Origin: Chamaesiphon sp.
GTDB lineage: Bacteria > Cyanobacteriota > Cyanobacteriia > Cyanobacteriales > Chamaesiphonaceae
Direction: 5' to 3'
Assembly: GCA_965246715.1 (NCBI GenBank)
Contig: CBDFFH010000012.1
Location: 32,001 to 96,000 of the forward strand
Length of the DNA stretch: 64,000 bases
Below the pieces are notes generated by a model, which was given only the letters and a program-made list of their open reading frames with translations, searched no databases and was not told where the DNA came from. The first letter of the stretch is position 1. Every line of letters begins with the position of its first letter. The translations under genes were made by a program, and so were the position numbers. Of the stretch, positions 10,764 to 19,714 are shown piece by piece.

Positions 10764-11168
10764 CTATCGTTCTGGTTTCACGATAATTCCATTAATCATC
10801 GGACTGGGAGTGGGTTTTGGGTTACTAACCTTGCCATTAATAATCGGACTTGGGCTAGGCTGTGGATTCCGAATCCTGCCATTAATCATCGGGCGCGGTT
10901 CGGTGCTGGCTGCGGGGACACCAGCAGTTACAGGTTGTCTAACGCTATTTTCCTTAGATGCGATCGCGCGATGTAGCGCGGATGTGACTAAATCTTGGTG
11001 GGCGGGATCGAGCGCGATTAATTTGGAGATCGTTTGACTGAGATTGTCTACTGAGGCGCGATTGGTACGAGCGGACTCTGCTCGTACGACATTAGCGACC
11101 AAACAACTCGCGATCGTCAAACTTAATGTCAGCCATAAGCGAGTACCCAGCGTGAAGTTACTTTTCAT
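10764..11168 (-). CDS. Secreted 134-aa protein with three C-terminal P[MI]ING repeats (candidate RiPP-like precursor)
   Basis: Likely start MKSNFTLG at 11168; signal peptide ending VRA|ES; PRPMINGRIRNP, PSPIINGKVSNP and PSPMINGIIVKP at 15-aa period. Confidence 0.8.
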   Translation of the reverse strand: MKSNFTLGTRLWLTLSLTIASCLVANVVRAESARTNRASVDNLSQTISKLIALDPAHQDLVTSALHRAIASKENSVRQPVTAGVPAASTEPRPMINGRIRNPQPSPSPIINGKVSNPKPTPSPMINGIIVKPER

Positions 11169-11411
11169 TGAGAATTTGCGATAATTAGAGAAGCTGACAA
11201 CTATTAGCTTCAATTGACGATCGCGAAATTACGGAAATAAGTTAGGCGGCAATTTCTGGTAGCTACCATCGCCAGTCCAACGATCGTCTAGATGATTCAA
11301 GTGCTTATTTGATAATCGAGCAGTCGGAGTTAAGTAAAAACTTCAAACTTGTCGCTCGGGATCGATCTAGCGCAAGCATCCAAGCAAATCGATCGAAAGC
11401 TCTAATTATTT

Positions 11412-11963
11412 TCAAGGTTTGTTCTTAGAAATATTCTCTTTCTTGAATTGCTGTTTGCGGAGACTTTCGATGCGCTCGTTAACTTGTTTTTGGAGTTCTA
11501 CTCGATCGACTCGCTTACTATAAATTTTTAAATACTTAACAGCTTCGTCAGTATTACCATCATTTTCCTTTAGTCTAGCTAGCGAGAGATAATCCTGCGT
11601 AGCAACCATCGGAGCGATCTCGTTATAGCTTCTAATGAGTTGCGGAATTACAATCGTGGCTAAGAAAGTTAAAATTATAAAAGATATTTTTGCATCTGCC
11701 TTGGTTGATTCGACTATGTACATCGTCAAAGCAAATAATAAGATCAGTACTAATAAAATAAATAGTAAATGCGGGTCTTGAAGTAAAATGCTGGATACCT
11801 GTTCGACCTCACTATTGTGACTACCGATGGTAAACCCGACTAGTGCCGTTGTCGTAGGCAATGTAAATTGTCGTAAGGAAGACCCTTTGCCACTAAGATG
11901 AAAAATCAGTGAGACGATACTGGCAATAATCGCCACGCTATTCCAAGTATTCATGATTAGCAC
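11412..11963 (-). CDS. Hypothetical membrane protein with C-terminal TPR-like helices
   Basis: About four hydrophobic segments, then YLSLARL..GNTDEAVKYL; AT-rich. Confidence 0.65.
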   Translation of the reverse strand: MLIMNTWNSVAIIASIVSLIFHLSGKGSSLRQFTLPTTTALVGFTIGSHNSEVEQVSSILLQDPHLLFILLVLILLFALTMYIVESTKADAKISFIILTFLATIVIPQLIRSYNEIAPMVATQDYLSLARLKENDGNTDEAVKYLKIYSKRVDRVELQKQVNERIESLRKQQFKKENISKNKP

Positions 11964-12000
11964 CCCAGTTTTTTGTTAACTGTTAAATAGCAACAGTTAT

Positions 12001-12052
12001 GCGTTCGCGTTCGCGAAGCATCTGCCTCAGCAGCGCCTTAGAACGAGAATCG
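12001..12052. repeat. Nested SDR5-like micro-elements in a HIP1-like site
   Basis: GCG|TTCGCG[TTCGCGAAGCATCTGCCTCAG]CAGCGCCTTAGAACGAGA|ATCG: a 24-nt outer element containing a 21-nt inner element. Confidence 0.6.
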
Positions 12053-12127
12053 ATATCGCGGGTAATACTAGCATGCCTAGGGGTTGAATTGTTGTCAGAG
12101 TTTTAGCTTTTTTCCGCCACCTAATTT

Positions 12128-13786
12128 TTAGCCTTGCTTTGCCAATAGGGGCGCAGCCGCAAGTAATGCCTTGGTATAGTCTTCTTGAGGATTGCTGAAT
12201 ATTTGTTGAGTTTCACCCATTTCGACAATTCGACCTCGATTCATCACAGCAATCCGATCGCACAAAAACCTTGCCAGCCATAGGTCGTGAGTGATAAAGA
12301 GATAGGTGAGATTGTCTTCGCGTTTGAGTTCGAGCATCAGATCCAAGACCTCTGCCTGAATCGTCGCATCCAGCATACTCACTGGTTCGTCACAAATTAC
12401 CAGTTTGGGTTTGGTAATTAGCGCGCGCGCGATGCCGACGCGTTGCTGTTGTCCGCCAGAGAGTTGATTGGGATAGCGATCGTAATATTCCTCGGCGGGA
12501 TTGAGTCCCACCCGTTCCAGCATCGCCAAAACTTGCGCTCTCGTCTCAGCCTCGGTAGCATTCAGCTGGTGGATCTGCAACGGATCGGCAATACTTTCGC
12601 CAATCGTCATCATCGGATTGAGTGAAGCACTCGGATCTTGGAAGATCATTTGCATGTCGCGACGTTTGGCGCGAATGGCGGTCGGCGAGAGCTGAGTTAA
12701 TTCTTCACCACAGAATGTCACCGTGCCGCTCGTCGCCGGAATCAATTGTAGGATCGTGCGGGAGAGCGTACTTTTACCGCAGCCAGATTCGCCAACCAAA
12801 CCGAAGATTTCGCCCTGATATAAATCCAAGCGTACGTTATCAACAGCTTTAATCGTTTCGGTCTTGGCTTGTGTAAATAGCCGCTGGAGGAAGCTAGTTT
12901 CGATCGTGTAGTATTTATGCAGATTTTCGAGCCTGAGAATCGGTTGCTCGTCTGACTGTGGATCTGGTACGAGTTGGGCGATCTCGTCATTTGCCTGAAT
13001 ATGTAGCGCCGATTTGAGTAAGATTTGGGTGTATTCAGCTTGAGGGTTGCCAAAAATCTGTTCGACGGTACCTTCTTCCTCTTTACGCCCTTTATTCATC
13101 ACGACAATCCGATCGCAATAAGTCGCGATCGTGGCAAGATCGTGAGAAATCAGTAATAGTCCCATCTGACGCTCATCACACAGCCGGGTTAATTCTTTCA
13201 AAATTTCCGCCGACACCCGCACATCCAAACTCGTAGTCGGTTCGTCGGCGATAATCAGCTTGGGATCGAGTAATAAAGCTAACGCGATCGCTACCCGTTG
13301 GCGCATGCCACCGCTGAATTCATGCGGATACTGATTCCACCTCGTTTCAGGAATTTTGACGGCTGCTAGGGTGTCTAGAGCGCGCTGTTTGGCTGCTTGG
13401 TTGGTTAGATTCGGTTCGTGAGCTTGAAGGGTCTCTAGGCAGTGGTTGCCGATTGTCATTAGCGGATCCAATCGCGTCATCGGATCTTGAAAGATCAACC
13501 CCACCGATTCTCCCCTAAAGCGGCGAATTGCCTCTGGATTGAGATCTGGCACCGATTGCCCCTCAAATAGAATTTTCCCCTGAATGCTAGAGCCGTCAGG
13601 AAGTAGCCGCATCACTGCTTTACCGAGAGTCGATTTACCGCATCCTGACTCCCCCACAAAGCCAATTTTCTCCCCAGCAGCCAATTGAAAGGATACATCC
13701 TCAACTGCATTTACCAAGTGCTGGCTCGATTCTTTCTGTGGATAAGTCACCCAGAGGTTTTGGACACTTAGAAGTGGGTTTGTCAT
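12128..13786 (-). CDS. Dipeptide/oligopeptide-type ABC ATP-binding protein with two fused NBDs
   Basis: GESGCGKS twice; SGGMRQR and SGGQQQR signatures; ADEPT and CDEPV. True start is probably MTNPLL at 13786; the upstream extension is repeat-derived. Confidence 0.92.
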   Translation of the reverse strand: MTNPLLSVQNLWVTYPQKESSQHLVNAVEDVSFQLAAGEKIGFVGESGCGKSTLGKAVMRLLPDGSSIQGKILFEGQSVPDLNPEAIRRFRGESVGLIFQDPMTRLDPLMTIGNHCLETLQAHEPNLTNQAAKQRALDTLAAVKIPETRWNQYPHEFSGGMRQRVAIALALLLDPKLIIADEPTTSLDVRVSAEILKELTRLCDERQMGLLLISHDLATIATYCDRIVVMNKGRKEEEGTVEQIFGNPQAEYTQILLKSALHIQANDEIAQLVPDPQSDEQPILRLENLHKYYTIETSFLQRLFTQAKTETIKAVDNVRLDLYQGEIFGLVGESGCGKSTLSRTILQLIPATSGTVTFCGEELTQLSPTAIRAKRRDMQMIFQDPSASLNPMMTIGESIADPLQIHQLNATEAETRAQVLAMLERVGLNPAEEYYDRYPNQLSGGQQQRVGIARALITKPKLVICDEPVSMLDATIQAEVLDLMLELKREDNLTYLFITHDLWLARFLCDRIAVMNRGRIVEMGETQQIFSNPQEDYTKALLAAAPLLAKQG

Positions 13787-13952
13787 GGGGAAGGGGGAAA
13801 GGGAGAAAGGGGGAAAGGGGGAAAGGGGAAGGGGAAAGGGGAAAGGGGAAGAATTAATAGTTAGATGCGGAGATTTTACCCACCCCGCCACTTCGTGGCA
13901 CCCCTCCTAGGAGGGGAATTTAACAGCCACTAGCCACTAGCCACTAGTCACT
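13787..13952. repeat. STRR-type (GGGGAAA)n tract, REP-like hairpins and (AGCCACT)n
   Basis: Purine tract 13787-13851; hairpins GCCAC-TTC-GTGGC and CCCCTCC-TA-GGAGGGG at 13887-13916; four AGYCACT units at 13925-13952. Confidence 0.8.
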
Positions 13953-13970
13953 ATCTCCTTTCCCCTTAAT

Positions 13971-14537
13971 TTACTTCTTCTCTCGCTCGAATCGCCGCAT
14001 CAAATAAGCCGCAGCAAAATCGCCATTGGGATGCTTAGAAAGAATATCAGCGAGATCGAAGACGCGCTGTGCCATTTCTACGCCTACCTTATCGATGATG
14101 GCTTGACGTTCGAGTTCGTTCATGTGACTGGCACGCGCGCTGGCTTGCCAAGAGCCGGAGAAAAGTTGGGGGATATTCGTATGGAAATTCAAGCGCTCGA
14201 GAATTTCCCACTCCCCCCTATCGCACCAGATCCCGCCGCAAGTGAGACAATGTTCGAGATAAAATGGTTCTCTAAGCGAAATTTTCCCGCGTGCCATCAG
14301 TCGCCCACATTCGGGACAAGGTGCTGTTTTGGCATCTAACGGGCCAGGGGTGTAAGCAAGATGATAGTTTTTAGCTAGAACATCAGGATTGGGCGTAGTA
14401 TTTTGACGCTGCGATCTCCAGGTTTGATAGTTGTGTCCGGGAATCCATTCACCCGCACACTCCGGACAATGTTTTGTTAAGAGCATATCGCTAAGAATTC
14501 CGTTCGCTAGCTCAGACCTACATTTAGGACAATGCAT
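13971..14537 (-). CDS. zf-TFIIB-like zinc-ribbon protein (two ribbons)
   Basis: CPKC...CPECAGEW and CPEC...CLTCGGIWCDRGE. Confidence 0.85.
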   Translation of the reverse strand: MHCPKCRSELANGILSDMLLTKHCPECAGEWIPGHNYQTWRSQRQNTTPNPDVLAKNYHLAYTPGPLDAKTAPCPECGRLMARGKISLREPFYLEHCLTCGGIWCDRGEWEILERLNFHTNIPQLFSGSWQASARASHMNELERQAIIDKVGVEMAQRVFDLADILSKHPNGDFAAAYLMRRFEREKK

Positions 14538-14658
14538 CTTTTGAATTATGTAATGATGAATTATAAATTGTGAATGACCGATCGTCGGTTAAAGGTAACG
14601 GCGCGACAGCTTTAATCTATGTCGAGCAGTTGCGCTAAATGTTGCATCTATTTTTCAA

Positions 14659-15003
14659 TTATGAATTACAGATAATATCTTGACAGTATTTGAGTAATAG
14701 ATTCAGTTTATCTCGATACGCTTGACGGCGCTGTGCGGCGGTTGCTGGATTCCGAGCGGCAGCGATAAACATCACATCCATTGGGAGTAGCCGCAATAGC
14801 CGATGGCTTTCGGTCAAATACGATCGCATTTTACCAGCGATGGGATCTGGAAGTTCGTCGTAACTCTGAGTGAGGATCTCGGACTCGAAAACCCCAATCG
14901 CGTTACTGAGAGCAACTTTGAGGTCGGGAATCGAATCCTCAGGCAAGTTGGAGAGCTGATTAAATAATTGTTGCCACAAAAAAATCTGGTGGTTTGGCAA
15001 CAT
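14659..15003 (-). CDS. patD: PatD family protein
   Basis: SYLTESHRLLRLLPMDVMF..AARNPATA..R...L.YC matches my recollection of the cyanobacterial PatD family; divergent from relA/spoT. Confidence 0.75.
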   Translation of the reverse strand: MLPNHQIFLWQQLFNQLSNLPEDSIPDLKVALSNAIGVFESEILTQSYDELPDPIAGKMRSYLTESHRLLRLLPMDVMFIAAARNPATAAQRRQAYRDKLNLLLKYCQDIICNS

Positions 15004-15272
15004 AAATAACTTAGTTAGAATAGAATATATGTAAATAATTTTACACTTTTCTAATACATCGCGCGCTACATCCGCACCCCGATTGTTACTAAATTTAGCG
15101 CTGTAGAGCCAGATCCAACCGAACTATCGATCGGGTAGATAACTGGCTCGATCGAGTGCATAATAAATTACTTCCGCTCCAAGAACTAGATATAAATAAG
15201 TGGTACCGATGCTGGCAGTTCGTCCCATGATGATGCCACAAGCTGTCAGTTTTAAAGCAGTCGGTGCCAAGT

Positions 15273-15499
15273 CAATACTTCTCGGTTAATCTAAAAACTA
15301 GTTAGTCCGCGTAGGCAGGCTTTTGCCGCGAGCGGCAACAACCGGACTTTGTTTTACTAGCGGCGACTTGCGGCTCGCGCTCCTCGGGTTCCCCGAGGGT
15401 TTAGCGAGACAGCGACCGAAATCGCGCTGAGGTTCCCTCAGCGTGCGTTTCGGTCAAGACAAGACACAGTCGCTAGCAGTTCTTAACCAAGAAGTATTG
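15273..15499. mobile_element. 227-bp MITE with IS4-like CAATAC termini and 10-bp TSD
   Basis: TIRs CAATACTTCTCGGTTAA / CAATACTTCTTGGTTAA (16/17); TSD GGTGCCAAGT at 15263-72 and 15500-09; many internal hairpins. Confidence 0.9.
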
Positions 15500-15572
15500 G
15501 GTGCCAAGTTTCCGCTTCTAATTATCTTTATTAAAGTTATTCCTAGATTTATTTATCTTATCTTCTTCAGCT

Positions 15573-17915
15573 ATGACTACTCCAATCTCTGTTCCTGCTA
15601 ACAATGTTGCTGTCATCGACGCTTCTAGCGAATCTCCAGATGGTGTTAAGACATATAACTGCGATATTCCGGCATGGCTGAAACAATGTTTGGATGAGGC
15701 CCAAAATCTTGATGTAACAGCAAGCGATCCGACAAGTAATTTGTCTAGAAGCGATCGGTTGTTAATCGCCGATGCCTTTCAGCTGGCCTACGATCTACAT
15801 GGCGAACAAAAGCGTAAATCTGGAGAACTTTATATCTGTCACCCGATTGCAGTAGCGGGATTGCTCAGAGATTTGGGTGGTGGTGCGGCGATGATTGCGG
15901 CGGGATTTTTACATGATGTCGTTGAAGATACGGAAGTGAAGATCGCTGAAATAGAATCTCGATTTGGCCAGGAAACCGCACATTTAGTTGAAGGTGTCAC
16001 CAAGCTATCTAAGTTTGAATTCTCTAGCAAAAAAGAACAACAAGCTGAGAATTTTCGGCGAATGTTTATCGCGATGGCACAGGATATTCGCGTGATCGTA
16101 GTCAAGTTGGCTGACCGGATTCATAATATGCAAACGCTCGATCATTTACGCGCCGATCGACAACTCGCGATCGCCCAAGAAACTCGCGATATTTTTGCCC
16201 CATTAGCCGATCGATTGGGCTTGGGACAGATCAAATGGGAATTAGAAGATTTAGCTTTTAAATACATCGAAGCTGAAGATTATCGACGCATTCAGGATTT
16301 AGTTGCCGAGAAGCGGACGGCAAGAGAGGCGAGGATTGCCAATGTTACCGAAATGATTCGCCATCGTCTCGATCGCGCGAATATTAAATACATCGATATC
16401 AGTGGCCGACCGAAACATTTATACAGCATCTATCAAAAGATGCGTTATCAGAAAAAAGAATTTAGCGAAATCTATGATTTGACAGCAATTCGCATTATCG
16501 TCGAATCAAATCAAGAATGCTATCTAGCTTTAGCCGAAATTCACGATGCTTTTAAACCAATTCCTGGTAGGTTCAAAGATTATATCGGTTTGCCAAAAAA
16601 TAACCGCTACCAATCCTTGCATACCACAGTAGTCGGATTTACAGGTACGCCCCTAGAAGTCCAAATTCGGACGATAGAAATGCATCACGTCGCTGAATAT
16701 GGCATTGCGGCGCATTGGATTTATAAATCAAACTCTAAATCCGAACAAAGTAAACCAGAACCGGGCAAAGTACCATCCACCAGACGCACCGAAGTCGATG
16801 AAAAATTTTCTTGGTTACGGCAACTACTTGAATGGCAGAATGATGTCAAAGATGCGATCGAATTTGACGACCATCTCAAAGATCATCTGCTCGAACGCGA
16901 TGTCTACGTCTTTACGCCCAAAGGTGAAGTAGTCTCGCTCCGTCAAGATTCGACACCTGTAGACTTTGCCTATCGAATTCATACCGAAGTGGGCAACCAC
17001 TGCGCTGGTGCTAAAGTAAACGATCGGATCGTCCCGCTCTCGAGGACGCTAAAAAATGGTGATATCGTCGAGATTATCACGCGAGAAAATAGTCGTCCTA
17101 GCCTCGACTGGCTGAATTTTGTCGTCAGTCCTGGCGCGCGCAACCGCATCACCCAATGGTACAAGCGATCGCATCGCGATGAAAATATCGCCAGAGGGCG
17201 GGAATTACTCGAACGGGAACTGGGCAAAAATGGGCTGGAATCCCTACTCAAGTCAGAGCCAATGCTATCTGTCGCCCAACGCTGTAACTACGTTACTGTC
17301 GAGGATTTACTCGCTGGTTTGGGCTATGGGGAAGTTACCCAGAAAATGGTAGTCAACCGGATTCGCGAGCTAGTAAAAGATCGTCAAGAACCCAGCGTCG
17401 AGCTACCACCAACTACCGCGCCAAAACAAACTACCTCAAATAGTAGTAGTGACTTCCCAATTTTAGGCATCGAAGGGCTGTTACATCACCTAGCAGGTTG
17501 TTGTAGCCCGATTCCTGGCGAACCAATTATCGGTTTAGTTACCCGCAACAGCGGCATTTCGATCCATCGCCAAGGTTGCGTGAATGTCGAACAGATGGAC
17601 GGCAATCGCCTACTACCCGTAAGCTGGAATACCCAGACTACAAATGAGAAACCACGTACCTATCCAGTCAGCGTTCAATTAGAAGTGCTCGATCGAGTGG
17701 GGGTACTCAAAGATGTCTTGTCCCGTTTGACGGATAATAGAATCAACGTGCGATCGGCGAATGTGATTACGCATTATGCCAAACCCGCAATAATCGATCT
17801 CTCGATCGAAGTCAGCGACAAAACCCAATTAGAACGCTGTTTCTCCCAAATCAAACAGATGAGCGATGTGCTCAATATTCGCCGTCTATCCCAAACTGAA
17901 GATAAAGTATTATGA
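15573..17915 (+). CDS. relA: Bifunctional (p)ppGpp synthetase/hydrolase (long RSH)
   Basis: LHDVVED hydrolase motif, RFKDY and YQSLHT synthetase motifs, TGS domain (VFTPKG..DFAY), CC zinc finger, ACT domain. Confidence 0.97.
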   Translation: MTTPISVPANNVAVIDASSESPDGVKTYNCDIPAWLKQCLDEAQNLDVTASDPTSNLSRSDRLLIADAFQLAYDLHGEQKRKSGELYICHPIAVAGLLRDLGGGAAMIAAGFLHDVVEDTEVKIAEIESRFGQETAHLVEGVTKLSKFEFSSKKEQQAENFRRMFIAMAQDIRVIVVKLADRIHNMQTLDHLRADRQLAIAQETRDIFAPLADRLGLGQIKWELEDLAFKYIEAEDYRRIQDLVAEKRTAREARIANVTEMIRHRLDRANIKYIDISGRPKHLYSIYQKMRYQKKEFSEIYDLTAIRIIVESNQECYLALAEIHDAFKPIPGRFKDYIGLPKNNRYQSLHTTVVGFTGTPLEVQIRTIEMHHVAEYGIAAHWIYKSNSKSEQSKPEPGKVPSTRRTEVDEKFSWLRQLLEWQNDVKDAIEFDDHLKDHLLERDVYVFTPKGEVVSLRQDSTPVDFAYRIHTEVGNHCAGAKVNDRIVPLSRTLKNGDIVEIITRENSRPSLDWLNFVVSPGARNRITQWYKRSHRDENIARGRELLERELGKNGLESLLKSEPMLSVAQRCNYVTVEDLLAGLGYGEVTQKMVVNRIRELVKDRQEPSVELPPTTAPKQTTSNSSSDFPILGIEGLLHHLAGCCSPIPGEPIIGLVTRNSGISIHRQGCVNVEQMDGNRLLPVSWNTQTTNEKPRTYPVSVQLEVLDRVGVLKDVLSRLTDNRINVRSANVITHYAKPAIIDLSIEVSDKTQLERCFSQIKQMSDVLNIRRLSQTEDKVL

Positions 17916-18034
17916 CCTTTGATATTACGAATGAAGCAACCCAAAATGCGATCGCTGGCGGACTCGCGATCGTGATTATTTTGGGTGCAATGACGATGAT
18001 GTTTACCAATCTCTGGACGACTAAAAAGAAGTAG
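17912..18034 (+). CDS. Putative 40-aa single-pass membrane protein coupled to relA
   Basis: ATGA overlap with the relA stop; MTFDITNEATQNAIAGGLAIVIILGAMTMMFTNLWTTKKK. Confidence 0.6.
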   Translation: MTFDITNEATQNAIAGGLAIVIILGAMTMMFTNLWTTKKK

Positions 18035-18148
18035 CTAAATTCAAATATGACATTGCTAGATACATAGAATCGATCTAAATATATTTACAAAGTTTAAAAA
18101 TTTTCATCCTCAACATCCTTTCCACACTTCCCCTTAAGGACGATCTCG

Positions 18149-18793
18149 ATGTTATCGGTATCTTCATCGCCAATCCCTGCGGAACAGCGTACCTGTTTGC
18201 ATGATATTAGCTGGGAATTATTTGAAAATCTCCTTAGCGAAATCGGTAATGATGGCTCAACGCGACTTGCTTATTATCAGGGTACGCTAGAATTTATGAC
18301 TCCGTTACCGGAACACGAGCGCCCGATTAGAAGGATCGATACGCTAATTGTGGAATTAGCAACCGCCCTAAATTTACCATTAGATTTACTCGGCTCGACT
18401 ACTATCAAACGTCCCGAACTCAAAGCTGGAAAAGAGCCAGATGCTTGTTACTATCTTCAGAATGAGTATCTAATTAGGAATAAGTCCCAACTAGATTTCA
18501 CTCAAGATCCACCACCAGATTTGGCACTAGAAGTCGATATTACAAATAGCTCGATCGACAAGCTATCTCTCTACGCAACTTTAGGTATCCCCGAACTCTG
18601 GCGATATGATGGTAAAGTGCTAACTTTTTATAGTTTAGAGAATGGAACTTATCAAATAGTCGATCGATCTGTCAGTTTTCCAATCCTATCTTCGGCAAAA
18701 GTTTTGGAGTTTTTAGATGATTGTCAATCGCTAGGTGTAAGTAACGCTGTTCGATCTTTACGTGAGTGGATTAAAATCCAGATCGATAGCTAA
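18149..18793 (+). CDS. Uma2 family endonuclease
   Basis: ISWE..E, LEFMTPLPEHE, EPDACYY, PPPDLALEVD and LGIPELWRYD motifs. Confidence 0.92.
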   Translation: MLSVSSSPIPAEQRTCLHDISWELFENLLSEIGNDGSTRLAYYQGTLEFMTPLPEHERPIRRIDTLIVELATALNLPLDLLGSTTIKRPELKAGKEPDACYYLQNEYLIRNKSQLDFTQDPPPDLALEVDITNSSIDKLSLYATLGIPELWRYDGKVLTFYSLENGTYQIVDRSVSFPILSSAKVLEFLDDCQSLGVSNAVRSLREWIKIQIDS

Positions 18794-18796
18794 GAG

Positions 18797-19561
18797 ATGA
18801 AGATTTCCAGAGCATTTATCCAGGAGCAGGGGAATGGAAAACTGCGACATGAAGAAAAATTGGTAGTAGAAGAACTAAAGCATCGAGGAATCCCGATCGA
18901 GTTTTACACCGAAAAACGCATCCGTCGTCGCCAATTGCCGCTGGATTTAGAATCGTTAGTCGTTGGCGATATGCCTTGTATTGCTGGCGCGCTACAACAA
19001 TTATCAATTCCCGAACCAGCGCCAAATGATTATCCAGCATCGCTGAATGAATTCTTGTATCGCCGGATTTGGAGATCGACACTCGGAGCATTAGAATTGG
19101 GGCTGCGAGATGGTAGATATCCCGCAATTTTTGCCAAGCCAGCTAACCGCTGTAAACGGTTTACGGGTTGTGTGTTTGAAACTGAATACGATCTATTCAA
19201 AGTCTCTGGCGTTTCGCGGCGGGAAGAATTATGGTGTTCTGAAGTTATTACTTGGCTGAGTGAATACCGTGTTTATGTGGTGAATTCGGAAATTAGAAGC
19301 ATCGATTTTTACGCTGGGAATCCAGCAATTACGATCGATCTGACAGAAATCGATCGGGCGATCGAATTATTAGATCGGGCGGGTGAATCTTATGCAGGAT
19401 ATGCGATCGATTTTGGTGTATTAGCTACTGGTGAAACTGCTTTAGTCGAGATGAATGATGGCTTCTCTGTTGGTGCCTATAAAATTGATGCCAAAAATTA
19501 TACTGAGATGTTATTAGCTAGATGGCAACAACTTTTGAATCTCCGCCCGATAGCTAAATAA
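18797..19561 (+). CDS. ATP-grasp domain protein (DUF4343/R2K-like)
   Basis: DYP..L..FL.R, IFAKP...K.FTG, SEYRVYV, AIDFGV and LVEMNDG motifs. Confidence 0.75.
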   Translation: MKISRAFIQEQGNGKLRHEEKLVVEELKHRGIPIEFYTEKRIRRRQLPLDLESLVVGDMPCIAGALQQLSIPEPAPNDYPASLNEFLYRRIWRSTLGALELGLRDGRYPAIFAKPANRCKRFTGCVFETEYDLFKVSGVSRREELWCSEVITWLSEYRVYVVNSEIRSIDFYAGNPAITIDLTEIDRAIELLDRAGESYAGYAIDFGVLATGETALVEMNDGFSVGAYKIDAKNYTEMLLARWQQLLNLRPIAK

Positions 19562-19595
19562 ATATAAATTGCTCGCTCTCTTGACATCACATCTT

Positions 19596-19714
19596 CTTAT
19601 CCCAAACTGACGTTAATTAGTTAGTCCGCGAAGGCGGACTTTGCAACACTAGCCACGATTTCAATCGTTGGCGGTATTAGGACGAATCGAAAATTCTTAA
19701 CCCGAACTCACGTT
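19596..19714. repeat. Partial MITE: two right ends in direct orientation around a REP-like core
   Basis: CTTATCCCAAACTGACGTT (19596-614) and CTTAACCCGAACTCACGTT (19696-714); core AGTCCGCGAAGGCGGACT as in 47258-47432. Confidence 0.75.

Noticed and set aside
13787..13891. N-terminal extension MAGWVK...PFPFPLPLSPF of the ABC ATPase
   Set aside because: It is the translation of the GGGGAAA repeat and hairpins; the family-like sequence starts at MTNPLL (13786).
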